A stretch of 64,000 nt of DNA from Octopus sinensis (Eukaryota): the NCBI RefSeq assembly GCF_006345805.1, contig NC_043002.1, positions 60,574,001 through 60,638,000 on the forward strand, read 5' to 3'. Shown here one piece after another: positions 51,728-64,000 of this stretch (positions within the stretch are counted from its first letter, which is position 1; each line of letters starts with the position of its first letter). Below the pieces are notes generated by a model, which saw nothing but the letters and a program-made list of their open reading frames with translations, searched no databases and was not told where the DNA came from. Made by a program: the position numbers and the translations under genes.

Positions 51728-52059
51728 ATATATATAAAGGGGCTCTCTATAGTCGTTCCGAAGAGCAGATTCCAAGTTAGGTAAACGGAATATCAGTAAG
51801 AAATAAAGTAACGAAGATGAACACTTGTCAAACACCTTACTAGACACCTGTACATCTTTGTTACTTATTTAGATGTATTAATAATTATTCATACTTAGAT
51901 ACATCTATATAATGTTGAGTGAAAAGTTTTGCAATATTTTAGTGAATTATTTACTTTATTTAGCAAGTCACAATCAAAGCAGTCTCACATTCAAAGTAGA
52001 GAACATCTTGTTGCATCGTCTGCAGATACCTTACTGCCAGTTCTTTGATCCCATGCTGT

Positions 52060-52980
52060 TAGTTATTGTCCTTCGAGGAGAATAACTTCTTCACTGAAGC
52101 TTCCGCCTCCTCTTGGTTGATAAAGATTCGCGAGCGCAGGAAGCAAACCGTGTCGGAGGAGAGATGTTTTTTTGTGCAGCTCTAATGGGCGTAGATAGTA
52201 GATAAGCAAGGGTTTGTTTCCAGAGCCTGTCGCCAGAGGGTGGTGTAACATTGGCTCCAAATGAGACAAATGAATACTTTGAGTTATATTTTCTGATGTT
52301 CTGTTTAAAGTTCATCCCTTCAATGTTGGTATTCTTCCAAAGTTTTTTTAACTGGTCAGAATATTCTCGTAGATCAAGCAAGAAAACCTTACCATTATAG
52401 CAGCAATTAAATGCTTCCTGCGGAAATCCGCGTACATGACTGTTCGGGCGTACTACGTTCATCTCACCAATCCTAAATTGAGAATTTTGCTGTTCTTTTA
52501 TTATATTCCGTCTTCGTATTTGAGCTCTGTCTGTCATAAGATAATTCTGTGTTTCATCTTCTTCCATATTTTTCCTTCTTTTCTGAACTCTCATGTCTTG
52601 AAGATAATTCTGCCTCTCAGCTTCTTCCATATGTTCCCTTCTTTCTTCAACTCAATTTCTCATATTTTCTAAGGACAGCTGCCTTTGCTCATGACTCATA
52701 TGTTGTTCTCGATTCTGTTGATCTCTATCTCTCTCTCATTTTGAAAATACACTTCTCTTTGGTTTTGACTCATTTGTTCTATCCTTTGCTGATTTCCTTC
52801 CCTGCTATGCCCTAGGATACGCTCCCTCTCTTCTTGGTTTATCCCATGTCTTCTCTGTCTCATCCTCACAGGATTTTGATTCCTTTATTCCTCCGGATGT
52901 TCCTCGCACAACTCTTCTCTCCTTCTACGTGGACGCACTCTTGCTGCATCCTTCATGCGATTATCCATATTTTAAAAATT
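52060..52980 (-). mobile_element. Helitron RepHel N-terminal fragment
   Basis: R/E-rich repeats then IGEMNVV..PQEAFNCCYNGKVFL..FKQNIRKYNSKYSFVSFGA, the typical Helitron N-terminal CC..GKV / NIR.YNS.F.F.S.GA block. Confidence 0.85.
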
Positions 52981-54315
52981 GCTATTAAAACAAACAATCT
53001 CCAAAATGATTCAGAGTGTTCATTTAAAAAACATATACGAATGTATTAGACAGTTTTTATCTAAAAGATGAAAATATTTCTGAAATCCTCTCCCAATATG
53101 CAAGGACACAGTATATCGGATACGGTAATTTATTATACTGTAGGAAAGTAAAAAGTAATGGGAAAAAATAGAATTGATACTTTTGATTTTTCCGACACAA
53201 TAAATTAAATTTTTTTTAATGTTTACGTCAATTACTTTATACAGAAAAAAAAAATTGGAAAAATCCTGACCAAAACAGAGAAATTCTAACTTAACAAAAT
53301 ATTTAGAAAGAGCAAGTTGCGTTTATTTCCACCACGCGACACTTATTATCGCACCCATACACACACATATAAATTCATATATGCGTGTGTGTGAGGAGGG
53401 TGTTTTAGATTTTGTATACTTATACACATCAACAATGAGCCAATTGATCAACTTTGTGTGGTTGTTCAATTTGCTACAAATAACAGCCAAATCTCTCTCA
53501 TACTATGCTCTCGTTCGTATTAACGAAAAGGGAAAAATAGAATAAATATTTTTTAGATTTTTTTCGGCTGTATGAATTTAATGTTTCTTTTTGATGTTTT
53601 CGTCCATTACTTAATAAACGAAAAAAAAAAAAAAGGAAACTGGAAAAATTCTGACCAAAACAGAAAAATTGTAACTTAGCAAAAAATATAGAAAGAGAAA
53701 GAAATGGTTGTATTCGAAAGCCAGAAGTTGTTTTTTTAGCTGAGATGTAATTTTATGATTAAAACAAATTCAAAATTTAAATTTCGGAGCAAGACTGATC
53801 ATGTTATCTGGTGTACGGTCGAATACAAATGAGTAGAAGACCTAAAACAAATGCGTGTGTGTGTGCGTGGTGTGGTGTTTGTGTGTATGTTTGTATGTTT
53901 GTGTGTGTGTGTGTTAGGTTGGGCCTTTAATAGCCAAGAGTCATTTTCAGTTCAATGGTAGAAAGGAATTTAAATAGTCAGCCACTCCAAAAAGACTTTC
54001 ATGCTGTCATCTCCCTCTCTTTCTTTCTCATTTCCTCTCTTTTTAGCTGGACACACGTGTGAAATTTAAGTATGTTAATTTTCTCATTCAGATCATTGTT
54101 GCTTCGATGAGCCAGTAGACATTGGTGCTGGGAAGTAGTGATACAATACATAGCTGGTGGTTTCAAATCTCTTCCAGAAATTACTAGAGCTCTTTCGACA
54201 TTTTCTTTCTCTTATGCATGACAGAGGCGTCAGGTACATGCAAAAAATATATTGGTGTATATGATATTATTATTATTATTATCATTATTATTATTAATAA
54301 TAATAATAATAATAA

Positions 54316-54350
<35 letters not shown>

Positions 54351-54516
54351 GGGAAGTATTAGAAGGGTAATTTACTTATGGAAATGGACTACATTTTCAG
54401 AAAGAAAATACAGTAACTTATTTCGAGGTCTATTTGAAATAATTCAACGTAAGAAAACGGGAACTGAATGACACTTCAATTAAAATAAGACTATCTCTCT
54501 CCCTATATATATATAT

Positions 54517-54576
<60 letters not shown>

Positions 54577-54609
54577 TATATCATATATCATATGGATAGA
54601 GGGTTCTAG

Positions 54610-55140
54610 GCGGTAGGTTGGATAGAAGCGAAGTGCCAACATGCAATCCAAACAAAGAATATTCACTAAAAATAAGTTAATGGTGTGTGTCTGGTGGTCC
54701 AGCGCTGGTGTCATCTACTACAGCTTCATGAGACCTGGTAAGTCAATTACAGTGGATGTTTACATCAGCCAATTGAATGAAATGATGAGTGAACTTCCAT
54801 TTAAATAACTGAGATTGGTCAATAGAGACAGGCCAATTATCTTGCAAGTGAAACTCGACCACATGTTGCGCAAAGAACGCTACCTAAGCTGCAGAAGCTG
54901 CACTTGGAAGTAGAATATCATCCATCATATTCACCAGACCTTGCACCATCTGACTGTCACGTTTTCAAGGCATTAGACAGCTTTTTGGAAAGAAAAAACT
55001 TCAAATCTGAAGAAGATGCAAAAACAGTCTTTTGTGATTTCATCACCTCTTGCACTCCAGAATCTTTCGCTGTCGACATAAATAAAGTACCGATAAAATG
55101 TTAAAATTGTGTTGATAATTCAGGTGCATCTTTTGAATAA
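54610..55140 (+). mobile_element. Mariner transposase C-terminal fragment
   Basis: KLMVCVWWSSAGVIYY..HPSYSPDLAPSDCHVFKALDSFL. Confidence 0.9.
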
Positions 55141-55984
55141 CTGCGTTAGTTTTTGTTGACTGCGCAACTAATCTACAATCGTCTTGAGTAGAGGGTAAAT
55201 AGAACAACCGTTAAATGATGAATAAATTCCGAGAGCTGACAACTGCTGCATATGATCCTCGGGGAGATATGAACAACTTAGTGTCAGCCTTAATCCAAAA
55301 CCAAATAAGTGACCCAATAACAACACATAATCTCTTCGCTAGTCTCTTCTAATTCAAAGTTTTATCAAAAATGTTCAGAGGCTGGAACAAGATATTTTTA
55401 TAACGCCACTCTCTATTAAGCATGTCAGTCGCTTTAAGAATAAGATACACGATGTCCCTAGCAATATGGAAACAGTATATACCCTTAAAAATGTAAAAGA
55501 GGATGTAAAATTACATATCTCACTCTTCTGGTGACTTCTCATTCGTTGCTAATATCAATTTAACTATTTTTTTTTCTTTATTTCCTCTTTATTATATAAG
55601 CATTTTCATGCCACGCACATGTATAAGAGCTTCTGCAACAGACATTATACATGAGATACAACGATATATCAAACAAAAAAGAACATCATACAGCACAGAC
55701 TTACAGCCACAAGAACACCGGAAGAGGTTGTTCATGGATTTCCGCTTATTTTTCATACAATTTCCATACACCACATTCCAGGGACAAGTTGTCCGAGATG
55801 ACACACAATTGCATAGAATGGCAATCACGTTTTTAAGTAGATTGCTAATACATCACATACTTCCACTCTCACAATTCTCCATCTCTGAATCTTCCTGTAT
55901 CTCTTCCTCTCTCGCTTCCTCTCTCCCTCCCTTCCACTCTCCTTCACTTTCTCTCTAAATCTAGATCTCTCTGCCTCTCGTTCT

Positions 55985-56138
55985 TGTTCGCTTTCTTTCT
56001 CCCTTCCTTTCTTTCTTTCTTTCCTTTTTTTTCTTTCTTTCTTTCTTTCTCTATCTTTATATCTCTCTCTCTTTCTATTTCCCTCTCTGTCTATCTTACT
56101 GACAAATTAAGTATGTATAACTCTCTGCCGATTTACAT

Positions 56139-56176
<38 letters not shown>

Positions 56177-56211
56177 CTATCTGTCTGTCGGACTGTCTGT
56201 CTATCCATGTG

Positions 56212-56286
<75 letters not shown>

Positions 56287-56360
56287 GGCTGTCTGCCTGT
56301 CTCTTTGACTATCTCTCTCACTCTCTCTCTCTCTATCTATCTGTATGTCTGACTGTCTAT
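55985..56360. repeat. (TTTC)/(TC)/(TATC)n compound microsatellite
   Basis: Direct repeat. Confidence 0.95.
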
Positions 56361-56364
56361 CTAA

Positions 56365-56850
56365 CCATTTCGGACCTGTGGGCTTATGCCGAACGGCTGC
56401 TGTCACGTGTGGGACGAATTTGGTTGTCGCCCGAGTCAATCGTGAAAATTGCACTGCCACTTTCCGTTAACCAGGAAGGCAAGGCGGTTTTCATCGTACT
56501 GGTGGCCATGGTGAAAACATGTGTTTGGTGGACATGAGCGAAAGGTTTAGAGACAAACACTCTCCTCTCTGGTCAATCGCTCATCAACTTTTTCCAGTAC
56601 TATTTGAAAAGGAAGGTGAGAATACAGAGGCAAGATTTGTCTCATGAAAGATTCAATAACCGGTGGGTGAATGTAGCAAAGATGATACGGGCAAATGACG
56701 AAACAACTTTGGGCATGATCCTGTAAATCCTAAAGAGAGAGAGAGCTCTTTGCTCTCAAAGGTTTTTTTCCTCCCTGCCTGACGTTACCGTGGCCTTTTC
56801 GTGGACTTTTCTTTCCACGGATAAACCTAATCTGTTTTTACATTTTTTTG
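56365..56850 (+). mobile_element. Tx1/L1-type ORF2 C-terminus and 3' UTR
   Basis: [59 protein letters not shown].. resembles Tx1 ORF2 tails. Confidence 0.7.
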
Positions 56851-57027
56851 CTGTTCTATCATACACAATCCCCCAATTTTTTTACGACCCATTTTGATCG
56901 GAATTTTTTCCTCCTTTTTCTATTTTCTTCTTTTCTCTTTCGAACAGAAAGGCTCTACATTGAATGTTGTGCCTTCTGTGTTCGGCCCTGTGTGGCTAAT
57001 AAAGAAAGTCATCTATCGATCTATCTA

Positions 57028-57087
<60 letters not shown>

Positions 57088-57179
57088 ATAAACTTACCAT
57101 TTTCTTATTTGTATTATGAATTTGCGGTAAAGTATTTCACCTTCACCCATCCAATACAATAAATGAATTAATTGCATTG

Positions 57180-58250
57180 CAATTATAAGCATTTATGTAT
57201 TTAGTATTTGGGTACTTCACCAGCAGTATATTGGATAACTGATATCCCATACTGGGTTACCCTCATAACCCCTATCTTACTTTGTACTATATATATATAT
57301 ATATAAATATTCCGTTCCCCCTCTTTCTCTATCACGCTTCAGCTCTTCCTTATTGGTTATTTAATCCTCCAATGCTTGTACTAACTTCACTATGTTTCCC
57401 TCCAGCTTTCTTACTAAACTCTTATGTTATCCTCTGGCTCATTTTCTCTCACCTAGATGCTATCACAGCTCAAATTTTGCCCAACTTCTCACTCTCACTT
57501 TCATTGTCTTTCTATTTCTATATTTACTCCACTATTTTCTTTCTATGTATTTAAAATTTCTTAGGCAACCTCTCGTTTCATTCACTCTTTATCTTCTGAC
57601 CCTCTTCTCGAACACAATTTTCTGTTGCTCCTACCCATTCTTGTATCCAAATTCCATACACCTTTTTATTTTTACTTTATCTTTATCTTCTGTTTCAGTT
57701 ACTTTAACATTGTCTCCCTTATCTTTTACCAGTTTTCTTTCCATCACATCTTTATTCATTCTCATCTAGCCATTGTTCCGTCTCCTTCTTCCCTTTCCAT
57801 TACCTTCCTCTATTTTATGTGTAATCACTCATATATTTACCTTATTACATAATTTCGTTACGCTTTTTTTTATCCATTTTTGCTCTGAATTTATTCGTTC
57901 TTACTTCTTTAATCTCCATTTCCTTCTCTAAATTCTTTATTCTTTCCTTCATATTTTCCTTCTCTTTTAGCTTTTGTGTTTCTTAATTATTATTTGTTAT
58001 TGCTTTGTTTTCTTTGGATATGTTTGAAGAACTTTCATCTTTCTTGCAGTTTATTTTTTTATGTTACTTTTTATTCCATCGTTCTACTCTATCTTCATTT
58101 CTTTCTTTCCTTCTGCGTTTCTTTCTTTCTGTTTTATTCTTTTAATGGCCGTTTCGAAATACTTTACTCTTCAACGGCTTCTTGTTTTCTCGTCTTGGCT
58201 TGAATCGATATTTTCTATATTGACATTTTCAGATTTCACACTATAGAACC
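57180..58250. repeat. Pyrimidine-rich low-complexity tract
   Basis: Strong T/C strand bias; gives spurious F/L/S ORFs. Confidence 0.8.
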
Positions 58251-59227
58251 AAACACACAAACGTACCATAATATGATGTTAATTTTAAATCCTATAGTCT
58301 CTCTCACACATACACACACACTCTCTCTCTCTCTCTCACACACACAAGCATTAACATGCTCACACACGCATATATTTATACACTGACGCGTACCGACACG
58401 TTTCTTTACATATCCAACTATTCAATTTCTATGATAAAGTAATATAAAAAGAGGACAAAAACAGAAAGCATATATGTATAGAAATAGTGAAATATTCCAG
58501 TCTTCCTGTTTGTTTTTGTTATATTTTTAATTTATTTTAATTTAGTTTACTTCATTTTTGAAAATTATTTGATTTGGAATTAGCTGACACCAGGGTGAAA
58601 CAAAATACCAAAAGAAAAATTAAAGAAAAAAAAACATGAAAAATTGACAAATTTAAACCAGGAAAAATTATAAAAATATATATATATATGCATTCGACAA
58701 TGATGAAGTAGAAGAGGAATTATGATCGTATTTAAATAAAGTTGAATTGCTTCCAATAGCTTCAGGTATATTTAAGATGAACACTCAACTCAGCTATTTT
58801 ATAGGCAAGTTACGGTAAGTGAAGGAAAGGGTGGCGTATTTTTCTCTGGATAGGAAGTGTGCTATTTATAGTAAAAGAGAAATGGCCGCGTAGAAACGTT
58901 GTTTGCGCAAGAAGATATTCTTTACGAGTTTACGTCTGCCTATACAGGCATATTATTTAGCATATAGATGCTTTTCTTGTTATTGTTTAGCTCCAGGCAA
59001 GTTATTACTATCACCATCTACCTCTAGATATATCTGTCACGAATCCTGAAGGTCATAGCCCGGTTCTTCCTTCTGCTTGACCTATAAGGGACCAAAACCG
59101 CAATAAACTCCATGAATCAGACGTGAGTGTGTTAGAGGTCTTACTCATTTGCAGCTGAACAGACGGGAACAACATAAAATGAAGAGTTTTGCTCATGAGC
59201 TTTCGTATAGTTGCTGACCATTTCGGT

Positions 59228-59547
59228 CACAGGTTCTCAAAGTAAGCGCTACCCACCCAAGTGGGCGCTGAGACGTTCCAGTTGGTCGCTGGTGGCTGAG
59301 GAATCGGTAGAGAAAAAGGAGGCGTTGGAAGGAAGGCAGTGAATTAGGGGACGCTATGAATTTATTATAATATTATTATAGTTTGTATACAAATTATGTA
59401 ATATTATATTAAATATCAAACGATTCATAGTTTATATAAATTAGTAAAATATAAAATATTTATTTAAACATAAAAATAGAGGTGGGGTGCTGAGGGTATT
59501 ATATGGCCATGAGTGGGGCGGTGGCCCTAAAAGCTTGAGAACCTCTG
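59228..59547. mobile_element. hAT-like MITE (~320 bp)
   Basis: Ends cacaggttctcaaa / ttgagaacctctg; flanks atttcggt and atttagga (6/8 match) fit a decayed 8-bp TSD. Confidence 0.65.
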
Positions 59548-61249
59548 ATTTAGGATATTGTTTCTCGTTTTGTTCTTTTTGTTATTGCTTAACTCCAGGT
59601 GGGTTATGCTTGAGCAGAAATATGATGAGCTATGACTGAAAGTATCCCACAATTGTATCGTTCATGGTGTTTTCTATCATACGTTGACCAAGAAGGACTA
59701 CATTATCGAATGTGAATTGTGTCGAAAGAATGCCTAGAAAAACACTTTATACACACGTTATCATGCATCGGTCATATCTGTAGATCCTTAGATTTGTGGT
59801 TGGAAATTTTTTGGCTTTGGTCAATGGTAACTTAACCACCTCTGTTGTGCCTGGGCTGTCTCCAGAAGCAAATATCTCTCAGAAAATATATTAACCAACA
59901 CCACACTCATATTTAAGCCACAATAGAAAGACAAGTCAATACGTTCCCAGCATCCAGGATGTGCCAGATATTGTTATACATGACCCTAGGCATGTATCTT
60001 AGAGTTCCTTCCTTCGTGGTTTTCGTATGGGTTTATTCCCTTAGCCTTTTCGAAACACTCAATACAAGAAGCAAGGGATCATTATTATCGTAGGTATGGC
60101 CTGTACAGAACCCGTCCCACTCTCTCGCCCTTTAACGTTATATTGGTCTGGTGCAGCCAGTGTCACGATACCAGTAGTTATCAGTGTCCTGGATTTATAT
60201 GGGATCACCTTCTTTTAGTTGGATAACAATAACGTTGAAGGATCTCGTCTGCCATTTCAGCTCTTTCGGTCATTGGGGTATTTGTGAGTGACCTTCTTTC
60301 GAGGACAATTCTGTAACATTCTAAGATACTACTACATGGTGTCAAAGTAGACCTGAGAACAATAGTGACTAAGATTTGGTTACACATTCCTCAAATCTCT
60401 GCAATTCTCATATTAAGGACTTTGTTATGTATTCTTTTTACATGTGACAGAGTTGAATGTATTTTCATTGCGAGTTTATTGATTATATACTTGAAAGCAT
60501 TGTTGGCATGCTGTTGTATTTTTAGAAGAATAATACATTGTATATGTCCTGTGTTACTTCCTCACTCTATCAAGAATAGATACTGGAGTTTTATCGCCGA
60601 GAGAAAGGAGTCCGACCATGAGAAAAGCTTATAAATAATTCACTTTGCGCCAAGAAAGCACAGAATGAAACAATACTAAAGACTTATTCACTGCTATTAC
60701 GTGAACAGATCTGCATTGAATAATGTCTTGTGTCTAGGGAAACAGCGAAATGCTTACCGCTCGTGTAAAATTATCTTTCAGCCAGATGCATTAACCTTTC
60801 ATTCGTTTTGGCGAAAATAAGATCATTTTAGAAAATGGAGAATGAATGACCGGAAGAATTCAGATCTGCATAAATTTATTCGGAATTTCTCCTTCAAAAG
60901 TCTATTATCAGCTAAATACCACGAATCCGTTATTCAGCGTTACAGATTTTCAAGAATATATGTAAAAAGAGAAGTGTCATATGGAAAGATTGGATACCTA
61001 AAAACATACGAAAATGGGAAATATATTTTGAAGGAAACAAGGAATAAATCTTACATCTTCGATTGTTCTATGATTAGTTTCATCGGTGTTGCGTTACGGT
61101 GTGGTGAGCTAAATATCCCAGAGTGTATAAACACTAGTTTGACACAGCATCTTCAGGTGATCTACAAACTATATGCATAAATACATGAGGTAAACAATTA
61201 AGATTAAAGAGTTCTTTCTGTGACTTTTCCTTTGATATTTTGGCACGAG

Positions 61250-61440
61250 GCCAGCAGTTTGGTCACGGGGGTAAGTCGTTTACATCAACGGCAGTACTCA
61301 GCTGGTTATTATTTTTTATGAACCCCAAACGGATCAAAAGCAAAGCTGATCCCGGCGGAATTTGTACCCAGAGCATAAAGACGGGCGAAATGCTACGGAG
61401 CATTTTGCCGGGCGTGCTAACAAATGTGTCAGCTTGTCGA
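61250..61440 (-). mobile_element. Family-3 SINE
   Basis: gcacgaggcc..gatcccggcggaatttg..gccgggcgtgctaac. Confidence 0.75.
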
Positions 61441-61471
61441 CCATAGGTTTTATTTTTAAAAGGGAAATATA

Positions 61472-61870
61472 GGCGCAGGAGTGGCTGTGTGGTAAGTAGC
61501 TTGCTAACCAACCACATGATTCCAGGTTCATTCCCACTGCGTGGAATCTTGGGCAAGTGTCTTCTGGGCCGACGAAAGCCTTGTGAGCGGATTTGGTAGA
61601 CGGAAACTGAAAGAAGCCTGTCGTATATATGTATATATATATATGTGTGTTTGTATATGTTTGTGTGTCTGTGTTTGTCCCTCTAGCATTGCTTGACAAC
61701 CGATGCTGGTGTGTTTACATCCTCGTTATGTAGCGGTTCGGCAAAAGAGACCGATAAAATAAGTACTGGGCTTACAAAGAATAAGTCCCGGGGTCGATTT
61801 CCACGACTAAAGGCGGTGCCCCAGCATGGCCGCAGTCAAATGACTGAAACAAGAAAAAGAGTAAAAGAGA
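61472..61870 (+). mobile_element. Family-1 SINE, near full length
   Basis: Same head, body and tail as 8449-8830. Confidence 0.9.
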
Positions 61871-62946
61871 AAGTATTTGGTAAACTTGATAATTTACGTT
61901 GTCTCATTTATTATGTGAGATCCGTAAAATCACTGATATAATGATTAAATGGGTAACGTTGAATGAGTTTTAGTAGACCGATGGCTTGGAGAGAAACCAA
62001 AATTCGCAAGATAGACTTCTGTTTAAAACTTAACAAATCTTACAAGCCATAATAACTTAAGTGGTTGATACACTATAACGGGCCCGAAACAAGGTCATCT
62101 AATGGATTATTTGCTCAGTTTGCTAGTATTGGTTCCGTTTACTTTTGTCTGTGTCCATGATCATAGAAGCAACGATAAATAATGTTAGAATATTTTACAT
62201 ACAATATTTTTACAGTGTGCTAAGAATATTCTCGGTAGAAAGCGATGTTGTAATAATGTTATAAAATATTGATTCTAGAAAATATATTATATAACAATTT
62301 AAATATATCTTTAGTTACATTATTAGATAAAAAGAAAAAGGAAATTCTCTAAGGTGCTAACAAGCTTATTCAAAAGATCCAATCTAGTAGATGGCATTTT
62401 GCTATTCATTTATGTTTTTTTGGGGCTTTTATTGTTATCGCTGATATTTCTGCTATGTTCTGGAAAATTTTGAAGTGAAATTCATAAGAATTCTGTCGAA
62501 GATCTGACACATTAAGGAAACAATGCAAGAATTTGTGCTAAACAGAAACTTTACAAGGAGCCAATTAACCAAAATACTATAAGTCATCTGAAGTACTTGA
62601 CATTTAATGCAGTACGTTGTGACGATCGAAGGAAACCTACTTACGGTTTATAGCTACAGATAAGTGCTTTTGTCACAAATTATTAATTAAAAACTAATGA
62701 TCTGTGTAATTCTTTGTCGCAGCCATATTGCTAGCTTTATCTCTGTGGTGTCTCATAATTTCCCATTCCGTCGACTTAACCATTTTTTTTCTTTTTTATA
62801 GGATCTAAACACACTTCAAGTTCTCATATATATATATGTAAACGAGTAAAAGAAAGTAAAAGCAAATATATATGTATACACACACATATATGTGTGTGTA
62901 TGTGTGAGTATATGTGTATACACACACACACATATATATATATATA

Positions 62947-63800
62947 TAGGATGGTGTGCTGAAAGTTCTAGGCATTAGGGAATAGAAAATACAAGAGGAT
63001 CAGTTAATTATGATTTTATTTAACGTATTCCCGTCTTGGTCCCAAAGCATTGAAAATAGAATCTTTCCAATTGATTTCTGGGTCCGAAACATCGGAGGTG
63101 AACCGTTGTGCAGCCACTGCATTGATTGGTGCTTGGTCTTGAGGTCATAATGATAAAGCCAAGTTTCATTCATGGTGACAAACGAGCAATAAAATTAACC
63201 TCTCCCGCTGCAAACCGATCCAAAATCGTCTTTGATGTCGCCGCACCGATGTGCTCCTGATCTGAGATCAGGCATTTCGGTACCCATTTTGCGGAAAGCT
63301 TTCTCATGTCTAGAATGTTGTGGATGATGTGGTCAAATCTTTCGCGAGAGTCTCAGCAATGACTTTAACTGAAATCTAGCGTTCCTCAAAAATCGCGGTG
63401 TGCACAGAGTCAGCTTTGTCCTCTACTTCTAGACCGGGGTTCATCTTTGACCTTAAATGACTAGTCCAAATTTATGACATCCAAATTTTCACTTTGGATT
63501 TAAATAGGAAGCCATCCTTCAAGACTTCCTTCATCTCACCTCGCGTTTTCGCCCCCCTTTGTCTTGCAAAATGAGGCACATAATGACAGCCTGTATTTCA
63601 GTTTCGCCAAAATTCATTGTAGCAGCTGTCATCATGCGTTAAATTTGTAAAACAGAGAAAGATATATTGTATACCATTATGACATTTTGCATTTTTTTTT
63701 CTCATAAATATTTGTCCTACCTACCCTATAAAGTGAACATGTAATACATCCACCGTTTCGCGATGCCCTTAAGGCCAGACATATTTTTAGCACCCTGGTA
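62947..63800 (-). mobile_element. Mariner deletion derivative
   Basis: Decayed inverted ends; HIIHNILDMRKLSAKWVPKCL..TMNETWLYHYD..SMQW..LWDQDG, then truncated. Confidence 0.85.
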
Positions 63801-63814
63801 TATATATCCTTTTA

Positions 63815-64000
63815 TTCTTTTTACTTAATGTTGTCATTTTGACTGCGACCAGCTCAAGCACAGCATTTAGTCGAACAAATAGATCCCAGGACTCATTCTT
63901 TGTAAGTCTACTACTTATTTTCTCGATCTCTTTTGCCGAACCGCTACCTACGGGGACGTAAACACACCAACATCGGTTGTCAAGCAATGGCAGGAAGACA
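63815..64000 (-). mobile_element. Family-1 SINE 3' part, running off the window
   Basis: Reverse complement of gacaaccgatgttggtgtgtttacgtccccgt..cggttcggcaaaagag. Confidence 0.85.

Noticed and set aside
60842-61180. 112-aa plus-strand ORF; also the 60205-60387 minus ORF
   Set aside because: No recognisable domain; length is within chance expectation for 64 kb.

Overview
AT-rich, microsatellite-saturated animal genomic DNA. The repeat set (several tRNA-derived SINE families, Penelope-like elements, R4/Dong-, RTE- and Tx1/L1-type LINEs, many mariner/Tc1 relics, Helitron/HINE pieces, a C2H2 zinc-finger relic) looks like an Octopus/cephalopod intergenic or long-intron region. That assignment is inference from memory, not a database result. 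No intact protein-coding gene can be supported, and most ORFs in the track are translated microsatellites or decayed transposon ORFs. A few isolated exon-like segments have good splice signals but could not be assembled or named. Two systems stand out. (1) Self-cleaving hammerhead ribozyme (HHR) motifs, which no ORF track shows. A canonical type I HHR at 8028-8124 sits at the junction of a 534-bp 1.5-mer direct repeat whose 5' edge lies within 2 nt of the predicted cleavage site, a retrozyme-like arrangement. Five further minimal or degenerate HHRs lie in Penelope-type ends (19590, 20206, 26720, 49897, 51529). (2) A 2.45-kb Tx1/L1-like element carries only a disrupted ORF1 and lacks endonuclease and RT. 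It is flanked by a perfect 15-bp target-site duplication inside the tRNA-like head of a SINE. All alignments and folds were done by eye.
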